Under the pieces are notes generated by a model, which saw nothing but the letters and a program-made list of their open reading frames with translations, had not been told where the DNA came from and ran no database searches. Positions 37,691 through 50,995 of a stretch of DNA of 64,000 nt are shown here, piece by piece; the first letter of the stretch is position 1; each line of letters opens with the position of its first letter. Location: contig CATNEN010000038.1 of assembly GCA_950097015.1 (NCBI GenBank), positions 5,890,001 to 5,954,000 on the forward strand. The letters are read 5' to 3'. Both the position numbers and the translations under genes were made by a program. This stretch comes from Macrostomum hystrix. Lineage: Eukaryota; Animalia; Platyhelminthes.

Positions 37691-39269
37691 GAAAATGGTT
37701 ATATCGTCCAAAAGAACGACAATTGACGAGCCAGATAGTTTTTTAAAAATGCGGACGCGCTACTGAAAGTAGAATATTTAGTTTCTCTATAAATTTCTGA
37801 AAGAAAAAAATTAATTAGGCTAAAAGCTTAGACAAAAAGCTTTTCTTAAAGAACGATCGATAAAGGGTGAACTTTCTCGGACCAAATTCCTGCAGAGGGC
37901 AGGTAAAAAAACGGCATCGATGAAAACGCCAAATCAGGAACGAGCAAAAAGGCACTGAACATTTCGCTTTCAATTTTCCATAGTCTCTGCCGCAGAACAC
38001 AACGGTACTACGAGCTATATTTCATGCTGACGATAGTGTCACCAGGCTTAAAGAAGTCGTGAATGTTTTACTAAAAACACTCGTAAATGATTCACGGCAA
38101 AGAAGGGTCTTCAAAGTAGCCACGTACTACGCAGCGCTGTTTCGAAGCGGTCGTGAATTATTACTCAGCTAAGTCGTTGGGAGCCTGATATGCCGGGTGA
38201 CTAGGCGGTGTCCAGTTCGGCTCGTCAGTCATTGTGCAAGAGATGTATTCTGTCTAAGAAGACTGTGCTAATTAGACGCCTGTACAGACTCAACCGTGCA
38301 GTTTTGTGGATTATGGGCGAGACTTTTTGAGGGCTACGCGACCATTACGGGAGCGCCCGTTTCAACGCCGCACCGAGGCAGAGCGGGCGGGGACGCGAAG
38401 TCTCTACAACAGCTGGCAGCCAGGCACAGGAGCACCGATACAGATCCGCCATGGAAGACTAACAGTGGACTTTGCCAAGCATTTTAACCGCCCCGAAATT
38501 TTGCTGCAAGCTGCATGGCCACGAGATATAAGCTCCACAGCAGGTTAAAACTCGCCGCCAATACACAAAAGAGATGAATGCACAGCACACACACAAACAC
38601 AGATACGCACAGAGAAAATTTATGCCAGCAGAGCAAAGGCCAGAGCATTTAGTCAGTAGGATATGGTCCCGGGTATGTTCTATTAGTGTGCTGACCATTT
38701 AGTCAACTTCTGTAGTATCTCGGCCCTCATTGTGTGTTATTGGAGGCATTCGCTGTGGCATTCTGAAATAGGTTCTGTACAGTTCATTCCCGGCTCCCGC
38801 CGCCCTCATCCCAAAACGAGTGTGTCCGCTTTGCCTCCCAGTTGGCAGTCAGCTGTTCAAAGGCTAGTAATCACCGGCCGCGAGCTTGGCATTTTCATAC
38901 AGTCGGCGGGGTTTTAGCTGTGGCCCAGTCTATGCTGTTTGGCAGGCTTTTCACTTTGCAATATGACCGAGAAGTTGTAAGGTTAGGACTTAGGTAAGGT
39001 TAGGTTAGGCACAGGCTTAGGGTGCGAATGAACGGAATGCAATTAAGTCATGCGGTGAACTGCATCACAGTGAAACACATTTTTCCTGATACTGTATAGA
39101 TAACTGTCTGAACATTTGAGAAGCTTAAGCTCTCTGCTCGGCAACAGAAAATAATTAATTGTTGCTTATAAACTACGGATTCTCGCTTTCAAAATCTGAC
39201 CACCGCAGTAAAGCGCCTGAGCTCGAACCCGTGACGTGACTAGGCCATATTCGTGTAGCGTGCAATAAT

Positions 39270-39402
39270 GCTTGCGGGTTTTGTCGTGCAATTAACGCAC
39301 TTTAGGGCGAACTCCGATGAAACAGTTAGAGTGTACACTGCCTGACGATGACGATTCAGGGCAGATGTACTGCACACCTGTGCGGTGCCCTGTGTGTGCG
39401 TA
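39270..39402 (+). mobile_element. tRNA-SINE family A, central fragment
   Basis: ttgtcgtgcaattaacgcactttagggc...agagtgtacactgcctgacgatga..tcagggcagatgtac. Confidence 0.7.
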
Positions 39403-42201
39403 TCGACTGTCGCCAAAGGATGCGTCCAAATACAGAATTTTTAGCGACAAGATCATTAAATTTGATGCAGATATCGACTACTATTCGCTGTTCGATTAAC
39501 ACAATCTATCGCACTAATTTAGATAGCAGAAGTCTAATCTTCATGCCTTTCCCAATATCCCCTTTTAACCAATGTGACAGGGAAAATGTCAGCGAGCTGC
39601 GGAAATCAGCCCCCGACTATGGAATTCAGCCGGCCTCATTAACACTCCGGAAGTCCATGTCCATGCGGTGCCACACGCGGGACATGATGAAAGCGAGAAA
39701 GGACGTCAAGGCGAGTCATCTTTTTTGCCAGAGTCCCGGATCGGGTTTTTCATTTCACTATTTTTTAATATGCATCCTAACGAGAAGTCTTTTGAAAGGC
39801 CCAGCAAATTTAGGCGAGGCATTCGAGATTGTCTTGTAAACGAAAAAACGAAAGGTATTAGAAAATTGCTATTCAGTAGCTTAGTATCGCGAGATCCAGA
39901 TGTGACAGATATTAAGGATTCTAAGGATAAAATAGATAATATTTTACACATGAGGCACATCAATGATGTCTATCACTGTACTTCTTCAGAATTAAAAAAT
40001 AAGGTACGATTCCCGGCTCCTTGAAAATTCTCACTGCTGGTTGATTGCGTGCCTTGACTCGTATATGCACTTTACCGCATCGCATCCTCATCCGATTGGC
40101 TGGCCAGCTTATTTCTTCTCTCCCAGTTCTCTCTCCCACCAATAAGCTCTACGTAGCTTTGCTCACCCAGCAACAAGGAATGGAGGGGCTTTTGCGTCAG
40201 ACATTTCTACTCCCGTACCGCCCGAGGATTGGCTGGTGGTTTTAGGTCTCTATCCCTCACCGCAAGCATTTTAAGCTTTTTAGGTTAGCAATAACTGACA
40301 TGTAATCTACTGCGATTTAAATACAAGTTGTATATCGCAATACGCTTGTAAAAATCTGGTTTTGGGAAAGGGATTGTATCTTAATATTTGACTCGAATAA
40401 AAATTAACAGCTGGATTTTTCTGACCCTTCGAACCGGAAACTTCAAATATATAAGACTTAGAAATCTGAAAAGAACTCGAAAGAAAACTTTCGCCTAGAG
40501 GTCAAGCAACTAAGAATAGACAGATTAGATAAATACTCGCCCCGAGTTTTCACTTTCATTCCAGCGCAACACAGCCCGGTCCAAACTGGACCTGGTACGG
40601 CCCGACACGACATGGCCCGGCCTAATCTGACCTGATCCTGCCCGACGTCGGTCCAACGCGACCTGGACCGGCCTGGACTTACCTGACCGGGCACGGCCTG
40701 ACACGACCCGGCTCGGCCCTGCTGGCAACATCGGAGCCAGCCTGGGCCCTATCTGGAGAAGAGACCTGGAGAAGACCGGGACTGCACAAGAAGACCTGAT
40801 TGACGGAGGGACAGCAACAACAAACACTAGATACAGGGGACTCCATAGAAACGGGAGCTTTTCCTAACTCAACCAATGCGTTTAGGCTTTTGACCCACCC
40901 TCCGTAGGACAGGGGTTGGCGTGCCTGCCAACCAAGTAGCCTAATGCCTCGCGCTGTTTAAACTCGGGGCTGCGACCCCACTCGATTCATTATCACTAAA
41001 AACTCTGTTGATAAAGTTTTACCACTTCCCCGAGGGATTTTCGATTAATATATAAGTCGAAGCGGAGCGCGGGAAAATGAACCGTCGCTGATTTTAGTTA
41101 GAGAGTCATCTCTGAGCTCTATTAAGTTAACAATTTAAAATAACTTACGGCGTTTGAGTTCTATCTTCATTGGATCCCGAGATACGAATCCGGGAGAGAC
41201 TATATCAGTCAGCCGAGATTCTGAGAGCGATAGTCGTTAGGAGTTATAGCCTTCAAGACAATAGACTGCAACTAACCGCTAAACTACATTTAGGAAACAT
41301 CGAAATCCGAGAACAAAACTTGAAGCGCTATAAAATACATTTGTTATAGTCTGTGAAAAAATGTTAAGAACCATTTGATGGAATAAGGACTAGACAGACA
41401 AACTGTGTCATGTATTTGCTGATTCAAGCCACTTGATCAGTCACTGTAGAAGTGCAAAAGCATCACTTCTCGTGATGACAGATTGACAGATCGGCGCAGT
41501 TTGCTACTGGTTAAGTCTACGAAAATAATAAAAATCAATGAGAGGCGCAAAAGACGACTTGAAAACGAAAAGGTTATGACAAGAAAGTGTTGACAAGTTT
41601 GTCAGCTTCATGCTAGACATGCACAATTGATATGCACGGGTTAACTAAAACTACGATAAGAATTTACACAATGATTTCTAATCATCGGTATTTCGTTGGT
41701 GGCATTTTTCTTCACAACTTGATAATATGGACAAGGAATTTCACAATAATGCATAATCATGGTACAACAGCTTTCTAATTGCGTTCAGGCTATCGGGCGA
41801 AGCGAAATCGCGAGGACAGATTAGTGCAAAATCGGTTCTTTTAATGTAATTTAACTCTACTAAAATTGCAAGACCATCTAAAAAAACTTCCATTCAAGAC
41901 AGGCAAGATTTGGCTATCCATCCTCATTTAATAGTTAGAAGTGCATGGAAGTAAATCTATTTACAAGCAGCAGGATTTTTACCTCGACAGCAGTTCAAAC
42001 ACGGGGAAACAAGACTGCTAAAAATAATGAAGCATGACCAAGCGTGCAGTAAGTTTTATGAAGGAACTGCTAAGTCCGCGGATTATTGTGCAAAATCAAA
42101 AATTGCTCGGCCTCTTAATGCGAGGAAAAGCCGTAGATGAACCACGTGTCTTCAGTATGTCAACTAACATCAGTGAAACAAAGCAAACTAAGGCTCTAGA
42201 A

Positions 42202-42536
42202 CTAAACAATCTGCTCGTTATTGTTCTCGGCCGCCTTCTGGTGTCTGGAGCGTCGGAGGCTTGCATCGGAGCTTCGTCGGACGCTCCGACCCCGACCGGA
42301 GGTGCTGGCGGCGGCGCCGGGGGCTGTGGCGGCGTTGGCGCCGGCCCCGGTGCCCAGGCGGCGCTTGCTGGTCCCCCGGCCGCTGCTGGGCAGTCCGTAC
42401 TGCTCCGAGTACTGCTGGGAGCGCAGACGTTCGTTGATACTGCGGCAGTGGCACATCAGAAGGTGCTTGAACGGCGTGCGAAAGTCGCGATTGAACTTGG
42501 CGTAGATGATCGGGTTCATGAAGGAATTCACGTAGC
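42202..42536 (-). CDS. 5-HT7-like: 5-HT7-like serotonin receptor, exon 3 (TM7 and C-tail)
   Basis: ttcag|GC-YVNSFMNPIIYAKFNRDFRTPFKHLLMCHCRSINERLR; phase matches exon 2. Confidence 0.88.
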
Positions 42537-44479
42537 CTGAAACGGAATATGGTTTTCGTCTACATTGGGTGCTGCTTAATCAAACAGTCCATCAAAGTCT
42601 GGTATTTTGAATGACATTTTTTCTACATCTCCAAAAATATTCAACCAATCGCCATCAGAATCCAGAGCATGGACTAAATTTTTCAGTTTTTTGTAACGAA
42701 TTAACTTTCAGAATAACAAACATCGGCATCGTTGCGATTTCGTCTAGTTGCAAAAACAACCAATGCATAATTTTTTGCTCACAAAATTTCATCATATAAC
42801 CATTTCGGCCAGATTAGTTGGTGATATTTCAGTAATTATATTTTTTAAAATTTGTCTTCTGGAAGTGAATATGGATTCGCCATAGAGATCTTTACAGAGC
42901 AATGCTAGCTGTCCTTGTCACCAGGGTCTTCGACAAGAACCGCTATGTATCTCGACGATGCTGACGTCGGACAGCTCTGAAAGTTTGTTAATTGTACGTT
43001 ATAGGGCGGAAAAGGGTTTTTAAGAGAAGCTGTGATTATGAAGATTTAAAACGTCTCGACAACGCAGACACTTCTGTCTTGAAAATCAATCTTCTGAATT
43101 ATTGGGATAAATTCGTTTTAATGACCATTTCCAAAGAGATTCGTGCTTATTACGGGAAAATTAAGGAATTGATCAAAGCTGATCAAAGACACGCGCTCCT
43201 GTGGGACCTGCTCGATTCCTTTAACTGACCTAGCTAGCGGACACCAAACTAATAATCACGCATCATAACGAGGCGTCTTTTCGTGTTTTTGTTTGAATGA
43301 AATATTCAATTTTCAACATCCAAACAGCTTTACACAGGTAATCTTAGCGAGCGGAAATACCTTCAGCTGGCAATTTCCGTTCTAGTACTTGTATTTTGAT
43401 TTCAACAGCTCACAAACAGTTGGCCTCATATAATAGGAATAATCTATATTTTGCATATCTTCCAAACATGCTAATGTTCTCAAGTGATAAAGTAACAGTT
43501 GTGACCTTGGGCACTTTCGAATTCTGATTTATGAGGCCTCGGGTGAACAGGACTGAGCGATATTGATAGCTATAAGAGCTGCACTAAAACACTAAACTGC
43601 AACGGATTTTTAAAGCACTCTACAGCGTTGCTAGAATGCCTGGTTAGCCTTGTACCCTGCTTGGTTACCCTGCTAGGCCTGTCTGCCTCAGGCTGGCCAC
43701 TTTATGGCTGACGCAGGGCGTCGGAATGAGTTTGTCGCGATTGTTTTATTATCGCACCATTTTAGCCGTTCAATTTGCGATCCCATACTCACACACGCAC
43801 CCCCACACACACATATATAGACCTTTTATTTTGAGCATAACTGCAGATGCACAGAGCAACAGAATGGCAGGGGCAGAAGTGATCAGTCAAACAGCTCTGT
43901 GCTTGCATGAGCCCGCATGACAGCAGAGAGAGGCAGGAAAGATGCAGGCGGGCAGGCTGGGGCGAGATGGGCTGGATGCCAGATTGAGAATTGGGCGAGG
44001 AAAACTTGGATTTTGTGTGTGCTCTAAGCAGCGATCAGAATCGCTGCTTAAAGTCATATTTCTTCAAGCCATCCAGATAAATAGAGCATTCACTGCTGGA
44101 TACTAGAGGATATTAAACCTTTTTTAATCAGCAGTATTGACAGGCCTGAGGCAAGATCTCCGTCTACGAAGTCCGCGCTCTTAAATGAACGGCTCATTGA
44201 AATCGGGGCAAGATTTGACAGACTGAAACTATCAGCATCAATTTTATCGATTATGATAAAGGTCACTAATGAAAATAATTTAAAAGTACATTGCTAGATT
44301 ACCGGCAGATACAACGAAAGTATTTATTGTAGTTACATATTTGTTTTGCTACTCGAACTGACAGGCAATGATAATCGCACTTTCTTCAGTACATTTCCCG
44401 TCTGTTCCATATCTTAGAGGCTTTTATTCCCCAGTTGGATTGGCCCATAGACCAGATAAATGTATTTATTTGGCCGTTG

Positions 44480-44695
44480 AAATTTATTTGGCCGGGACAG
44501 ATAAACATTTATCTGGTCCGGTGACAATTATCTGGCTTCAACTGTGGAATAAATACATTGTCACCCACTTGTTTGACTTATCTATGGCCGAAAACGTCTT
44601 CGGACATCGTTTCTTGGCCTCGGCTTCGCCTCGGCCAATAAACGAGTCCTCAGCCGTTCCCGGCCAAAATAAATAAAAAAAGTGGGTGACAACTT
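44480..44695. mobile_element. Non-autonomous hairpin element, Crypton-like (second example)
   Basis: Inverted repeats ttgtcacccact/agtgggtgacaa and atttatttggccggga/tcccggccaaaataaat around ttggcctcggcttcgcctcggccaa (44614-44638). Confidence 0.5.
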
Positions 44696-45532
44696 ATACT
44701 TAGCATCCTCACAACTTGCACTCGCACAAGATGCAGACTTTCTGGGTGTAAGACTTGCTCCCAGCAGGCAGCACAATGACATGAGTGTGACAGGCCCCAG
44801 ATAGCGCTCTGCTGTCTCCCATTCACCCAGTCGTATGAATTTAATACCAACCGCGAGCGTCCTCAGGAAGCAATAGGAAGTGGCGGCGTCAGGCGCGGAG
44901 CAGTTTTGGATGCGTCTATTAATACCCAGCCGCACAGGGGACGAAGGGCGACAGGGCGAGAGCGAGTTGACGGGCTGAAACGTTAATTCATCACAGTGCA
45001 GCTGCGTGAGCTTCGCAGCAGTTCGTCCATAATTATGAAATTGCTGGCCCGTTGAGCTAGCAGCCCCCGCTATTCTGTTTCTCTCGCCGGGGCTGTCACC
45101 ACATCCCTCCGATAATCCGGGCTCTGCCAGATGAAGCTATAGACGCAACAGGAGCCTCGGAAACAAGAATAGACTTACGGACAGCAGTCTGAGGCTCAGA
45201 GAGTGAAGTGAATACTGAGCGGGTCTTAAGTTTCTTAGAAAATATGTTGAGTAATAGGACGCGGATAGCTCATCGGAATGCTTTCGCACAATTCTGAATT
45301 TTTTGGTGCGCCAAATAAATATCCCGCAATGAAACTCTTTCACTTCCGACCAAAGGGTGTCGTAAAACAAGGGCCCAGCCAACGCACTAGCGACGGAAGA
45401 GGAGCTGAGTGAGAACGTGGATGCTAGCTACTGGATGAGATATTTTTTTTAAGAAAGCAAACGATTTGAAATCAAAATTTATTGGTAAGCTTTTGGCTGT
45501 ACATTTAGTCTTAGAGTCGGTTTTATGAGGCC

Positions 45533-45993
45533 TGCGCTTGTGAAGCTTGGGTTTGTGATTCTTGGGTTTTTGAGGCTTGGGTTTGTGAGGCTTGGCTTTG
45601 TGATGGCTTGGGTTTGTGGGACTTTGGTTTGTGTGACTTGCTTGGGTTTGTGAGGCTTGGGTTTGTGAGGCTTGGGTTTGTGAGGCTTGGGTTTGTGAGG
45701 CTTGGGTTTGTGAGGTTAGGGTTTGTGAGGCTTGGGTTTGTGAGGTTAGGGTTTGTGAGGCTTAGGTTTGTGAGGCTTGGCTTTGTGATGGCTTGGGTTT
45801 GTGGGACTTGGGTTTGTGTTGCTTGCTTGGGTTTCTGAGGCTTGGGTTTGTGAGATTTGGGTTTGTGAGGTTTGGGTTTGTGAGGCTTGGTTTTGTGAGG
45901 CTTGGGTTTGTGAGGCTTGGGTTTGTGAGGCTTGGGTTTGTGAGGCTTGGGTTTGTGAGGCTTGGGTTTGTGAGGCTTGGGTTTGTGAGGCTT
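45533..45993. repeat. 15-bp minisatellite (gcttgggtttgtgag)n in 5-HT7-like intron 2
   Basis: Direct periodicity. Confidence 0.95.
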
Positions 45994-47135
45994 GTTGGAA
46001 AATGATATTTTCATCCTTACCGGCCGTTGGGCAGACGGGTTCTGCTATTGAAACCAATGAAAAATGTGAATCCTGCCGCGCTCTGTTCGCTCTATTGAGT
46101 TTCTCCCCTTCCTTTTTGCTTCTTTTTCAGCTCATAAAAGAGCTCTTAACAGGATTGATTGGGCCGCTCAGAGTTGGCTGGCCGCAGCCCGCCCGCCGCA
46201 ATGACAAGCCGAGCTCGAGCTGGCAGCGGAACTCCTGCAAAGTTGCGCCTTCTCTGCTAGACAGAGAGAAGGAAGAAAAGATTTGCGAGGCCGCGCATTG
46301 CGTAGGGGGTTGCATGGCGACGGGCCAGAAAAAGAGCGAGTCCGGGGCCGCCCTTGAGCTGCACTTTTTCTATTGAAGGCCTCGGCGAGAGCGGGCGGCA
46401 GTGAGCGCTGCCGGGGGCTTGATAGAGTTTTCTCTGCCATGGCTAAAATGCCACTACACTGGCGCACTAAAAAGTGGGGAGAAGCTCCTATAGGGGATCA
46501 AAATGGGTTGGGGAGGCGGCAGCCATGCTGGTCTTAGAGGCCCAGCTAATTAAATTCTTTCCCCTTCCTTTTCTTCTCTCCTAGTGGTGCTGCTGCAGGC
46601 GGAGGTGGCTTGTGAGAAAATGAAGTTTTGCCGCCAGGACCACAAACTTGAGCGGCAACCGTCCAGCCTTTGAGTCGACTCGGAGCACTCTTAGATTTAC
46701 CCAAGTTTCCACACTCCAGAGGCCTGCCCCGGCCAATTACTGGTGACATTCTCGGCGAAAATTTGCAGAGTAATGCGATCACGGACTAGCAGGAAATTGG
46801 GATAATGCCAAGGTGCACATAGCGAGATCTTAAATGTTTTCATTCGGGTTGTTCAGAACCGTTATAGGTGGTGACCTCGGACATACATGCCTGCATAGGT
46901 GATTCAAGAGCGACTGGCATTGGTTTGTTCAAAATCGTTCATCTTTGCACATTATAGAGGCCCTTATACTCGTACATTCGTTTTTTGCGACACACTTCAA
47001 AGTTAGAAGACTTTGAAACCTCAAATAATCTTGAAGTTCAGGTGTATTTTCTCATTGCTCTTCCACTTGGCCGCAATATATGCACTTCTACGCCTTTGTC
47101 TTAGACACCTGAAATCAGAAGCATTGTTCACTCAC

Positions 47136-47217
47136 CGAGCCACAGAAATGTGTCAAAAACGTCCTTATCAATGTCGAATTTGCTGCCGGTAACTTTCTTC
47201 CAGATCGCCAGGCTGAT
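47136..47217 (-). CDS. 5-HT7-like: 5-HT7-like serotonin receptor, exon 2 (ECL3 and start of TM7)
   Basis: ctgcag|ISLAIWKKVTGSKFDIDKDVFDTFLWL-G|gtgagt; an alternative in-frame acceptor exists at 47268. Confidence 0.78.
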
Positions 47218-47340
47218 CTGCAGGGCGGAGTCGATTTTGGCGACCGTTTTGTTGATGGAAAGGCAAAGCTATCGAGGATCTTCGAACTCAGTCTGATTTC
47301 ACATTTGGTTCCTATGGGCGCAAACAGCGTTTTGTCTCAC

Positions 47341-48291
47341 CTGCATGATGAAGAACGGCAGCCAGCAGAGTGTAAAGCAGCCCATGATGGCGCCCAGCGT
47401 TTTGATGGCCTTCGTGTCGCTGTTGCTCTTGGCGGTGGTGCGCCCGTTGTTGTTGCGCTGACGCGGTCGACGTAATGATTTGAGCGCCGAGCCAACTGAC
47501 ACTGGGCCTTCAGGAGCCTCAGCTTGCGTCGCTCCGGCCGCGTCACCAGCCACGTCGACCTGAGCCGGCTCGTCGGCAAGGCCGCCACCCAGCTTCTGCT
47601 TCTCGTCGGCCTTGGCCATCCGTCTGGCCAGCTTGAAGATGTTGCCGTACAGTACCAGCATGACGCTAAGCGGGATGTAGAAGGCGCCGATGGTGGCGTA
47701 GATCTGGTAGCCGAATGTCTCGGAGTAGCCGCAGTAGCCGGGCACGAAGGGCTCCTTGGCGCCCAGCATCGGCGGGATGCTGATGCAGGCGCTGAGAAGC
47801 CACACGCAGCTGATCATTGCAGCCATGCGGCCCGGGGTTCGCTTCACGGCATACTCGAAGGGTTTGGTGATGACCAGGTAGCGATCGATGGAGATGGCGC
47901 ACAGGTTGAGGATGCTGCTGGTGCAGAGCAGTACATCGCAGGAGGTCCAGAAGTCACAGGCGTTGTCAAAGAAGGGAAAGTAGCCGAGCAGCTGGTAGGC
48001 GATGGCGATGGGCAGAACCAGCAGCCCAACTAGGAGGTCGCTGCTTGCCAGGCTCACGATCAGGAAATTGGACGGGCTGCTGTGCAGCTTCTTGACCAAG
48101 GCCACCGACACAATCACCAGCAGGTTGCCCACGCAGATGCCGCTAGTCAGCACGGACAGGGCTATGCCGACAGCGGCTCTGGCGGCCGGGCTGTAGCGGT
48201 TCAGGCTGGGCCGGCAGTCAGATGTCACATTGTCCAGACTGAAATCGGCGGGCCGCTCAAGGAACAGGCGGACCTGCTCTGTGCAGTTCAT
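47341..48291 (-). CDS. 5-HT7-like: 5-HT7-like serotonin receptor, exon 1 (TM1-TM6)
   Basis: PSNFLIVSLASSDL, CDVLLCTSSILNLCAISIDRYLVITKPFEY, KRTPGRM, GYQIYATIGAFYIPL, KAIKTLG...CWLPFFIMQ|gtgaga. Confidence 0.9.
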
Positions 48292-49842
48292 GGCGGCGTG
48301 TGCTGCTGCGGAGCAAGTTCAGGCCAGAGAGATTGGCGGGCACTCTTGTCCAGCGAAAACTTTATATCCCCCCAGGCCCACGGCTCCCAAGGCCAAGGAG
48401 AGAGTGGGCGAGTGGGCGAGAGCGCGCAGGGAAGGAGGGCCCGGGGAGAGACAGGCAGCAAGCTAATTGGCTGTGCCGCTTGCCATGCGCCCTGAACGGG
48501 GGGCAGGGCGCAGAGGCAGGGGGGGCACCAAAGGTGGGATTCTCGCGAGATAGCGCTGCAGAAATGCATAGAGATTTGTGCGGACAAAGAGAAATATTTC
48601 CGGAGAATAAAGCTGAAAAAGGGAAGCAGCAAACGCTTGGCGAGGCCACGGGAGGGACTGGAATGAAATGGAATTATGTTGGTTTTCTCATCCTGGGTTG
48701 CGGGGTGACAGCAATTGCCAGAGTTTGCAGCCATCTGGCCCCGGAGAGCCACTGTATTGTAAACGGTTAGAGCATGACAAATAGCGGATTAGGGGAGATT
48801 TTCGGTGCTTCCCGCATCGGATTCCATGGTCCTCAGACACTAATTTATAGTACCCTGATCCCTGATTCCAATACGCGGTGTCCGTTAAGCTAATTATTCT
48901 TACCTGTCTGAAAACTGATAAACACTGCCGCTGCTGCATAAGTATTGCAGAAAAAAACTTTTTTTTCGGTCAGTTCCAAATTCAAACTTTCCATAGTGCA
49001 ATGCCAGTTAGTTGCATCTGTGCGATGGAGGCTCCCGAGGGAGAGGCGCGCCCAGCTGCTGTCTGTTAAAGTCGGAGCCTCGGCTGTGGAATGCTGCTGA
49101 GGCAGCTGCAAACTTTAGCGGGGCCAGTGATTGCCCGCTGTAGTGGGAGCCGGCGCCTCCCCCTGCCGGAGGAAGGCGGTGGGTTGGGTGGCCGAGGGAC
49201 TTTAGCTGTCCCTGGTCTTCGGTGAAGATCGAGAGAGCGATGGGAGCCCGGGCGAGCAGTCAGTTCAGTTTGGCTTGGAAGAAAACAGCGGCGTCCCACA
49301 CTGCAGGGCGCTTACACGCAGCTCTGGACGCTCAGCTGCAGACTTCCTGGGGTCTGGGGCGGGTCCGAATTACTGACGAAGAAATCAGTTCCCGAGCTGC
49401 AGCAGTTATTTTGTTCGCAGGTTTCCGCGCCAACCTTCCTAAGAGTTTGTTTTTACACCCAGTCGATTAGAGCAAGTGAGGCTGTTCGAATCGAAGCATC
49501 AGTGATAAATAACGGTGTCGGGTTTCTCTCTATGAATCGCTTCACTACTTGTCCGGGTCAGTAATGTGGGTACATTTTCTAGCGCATTTGAGTAATTGAA
49601 ATTACGCTTCCGATTGCAAAATGACTTTATTTGGTAATTCGAATTTGAATTTCATTGAATGTGAGCATAAATATTCGAGCGAAAGTTAAGAAAGGTGAAA
49701 ATAACATTATTCTTAGAAAACAATTAGAATACAGTCCTGTAATTATAAATCATGCCGAATTTCAAAGATCCTGAATTGCTGAGACACACTGGTGTGAGGC
49801 ATTATCTGAAATAGTGTTAGATTTAACATCAGATTTAACATC

Positions 49843-50338
49843 AGGCCTCAAAGGCTCGCAGAAGTTATCAGGAAAGCACTCTAAGAGCCTTAAAGGCTCG
49901 CAGAAGTTATCACGGAAGCACTGTAAGAGCCTCAAAGCTCGCAGAAGTTATCAGGAAAGCACTGAAAGAGCCTCAAAGGCTCGCAGAAGTTATCAGGGAA
50001 GCACTGTAAGAGCCTCAAAGCTCGCAGAAGTTATCAGGGAAGCACTGTAAGAGCCTCAAAGCTCGCAGAAGTTATCAGGAAAGCACTGAAAGAGCCTTAA
50101 AGGCTCGCAGAAGTTATCAGAAAAGCACTGTAAGAGCCTCAAAAGCTCTCAGAAGTTATCAGGAAAGCACTGTAAGAGCCTCAAAGGCTCACAGAAGTTA
50201 TCAGGAAAGCACTGTAAGAGCCTCAAAGGCTCACAGAAGTTATCAGGAAAGCACTGTAAGAGCCTTAAAGGCTCGCAGAAGTTATCAGGAAAGCACTGTA
50301 AGAGCCTCAAAGGCTCACAGAAGTTATCAGGAAAGCAC
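49843..50338. repeat. 41-42-bp minisatellite, about 12 copies
   Basis: gcctcaaaggctcgcagaagttatcaggaaagcactgtaaga repeated. Confidence 0.95.
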
Positions 50339-50995
50339 GAGTCAAGAGCCAAAGAATTAATTTGTGCAGGTCCTGAATGTACGAGTATACATGCGGGACT
50401 ACAGCAGTCTAATGTAGCAGGACCTGAATCGTATATATAATTTACATAATCAAATGCTTAAGCAACTCGAATTTAAACGTTAAGACGCAGAAAATATACC
50501 AAATTTAGATTGATAATTTGCCGCAAGAAACGTAGGTAAGTACGTGCCTATTAATCGAATTTTCCGCCACAGCCCAAGCGCCGGCATAGCAGCTGCATGT
50601 ACCTCAGCTAGAGTTTCTCGCTGCACCAAACACTGTAGCAATTATGCCTCTAGTAGCTCTAGGAGGCTACAAAAGCTACAAAGGCACAAGTGTAGCTGAT
50701 TTATCATTCTGTTCTCTAAAACTCACCGGCCGATTCCGGAAATATGACAGATGAGAGCACCTACATTAGCAGTTAATGCATTGGTGATGTACTCGAGCTT
50801 AATCTGAGGACTATCTAGGCATCCTAGTTAGCCTTAGATTCAATTTAGGAAGTGAATTAGTCACCTTAGGACGCCTTTGCCTTTTAACTTCTATGCCGGA
50901 TTCCGGGAATTTCAGAGAAATCCAGGTGCCTTGGATAAATATGATCCAGTATAACTTAGCGCACAGTGTTACCTGAAACAAAGCTAGCTCACTTA

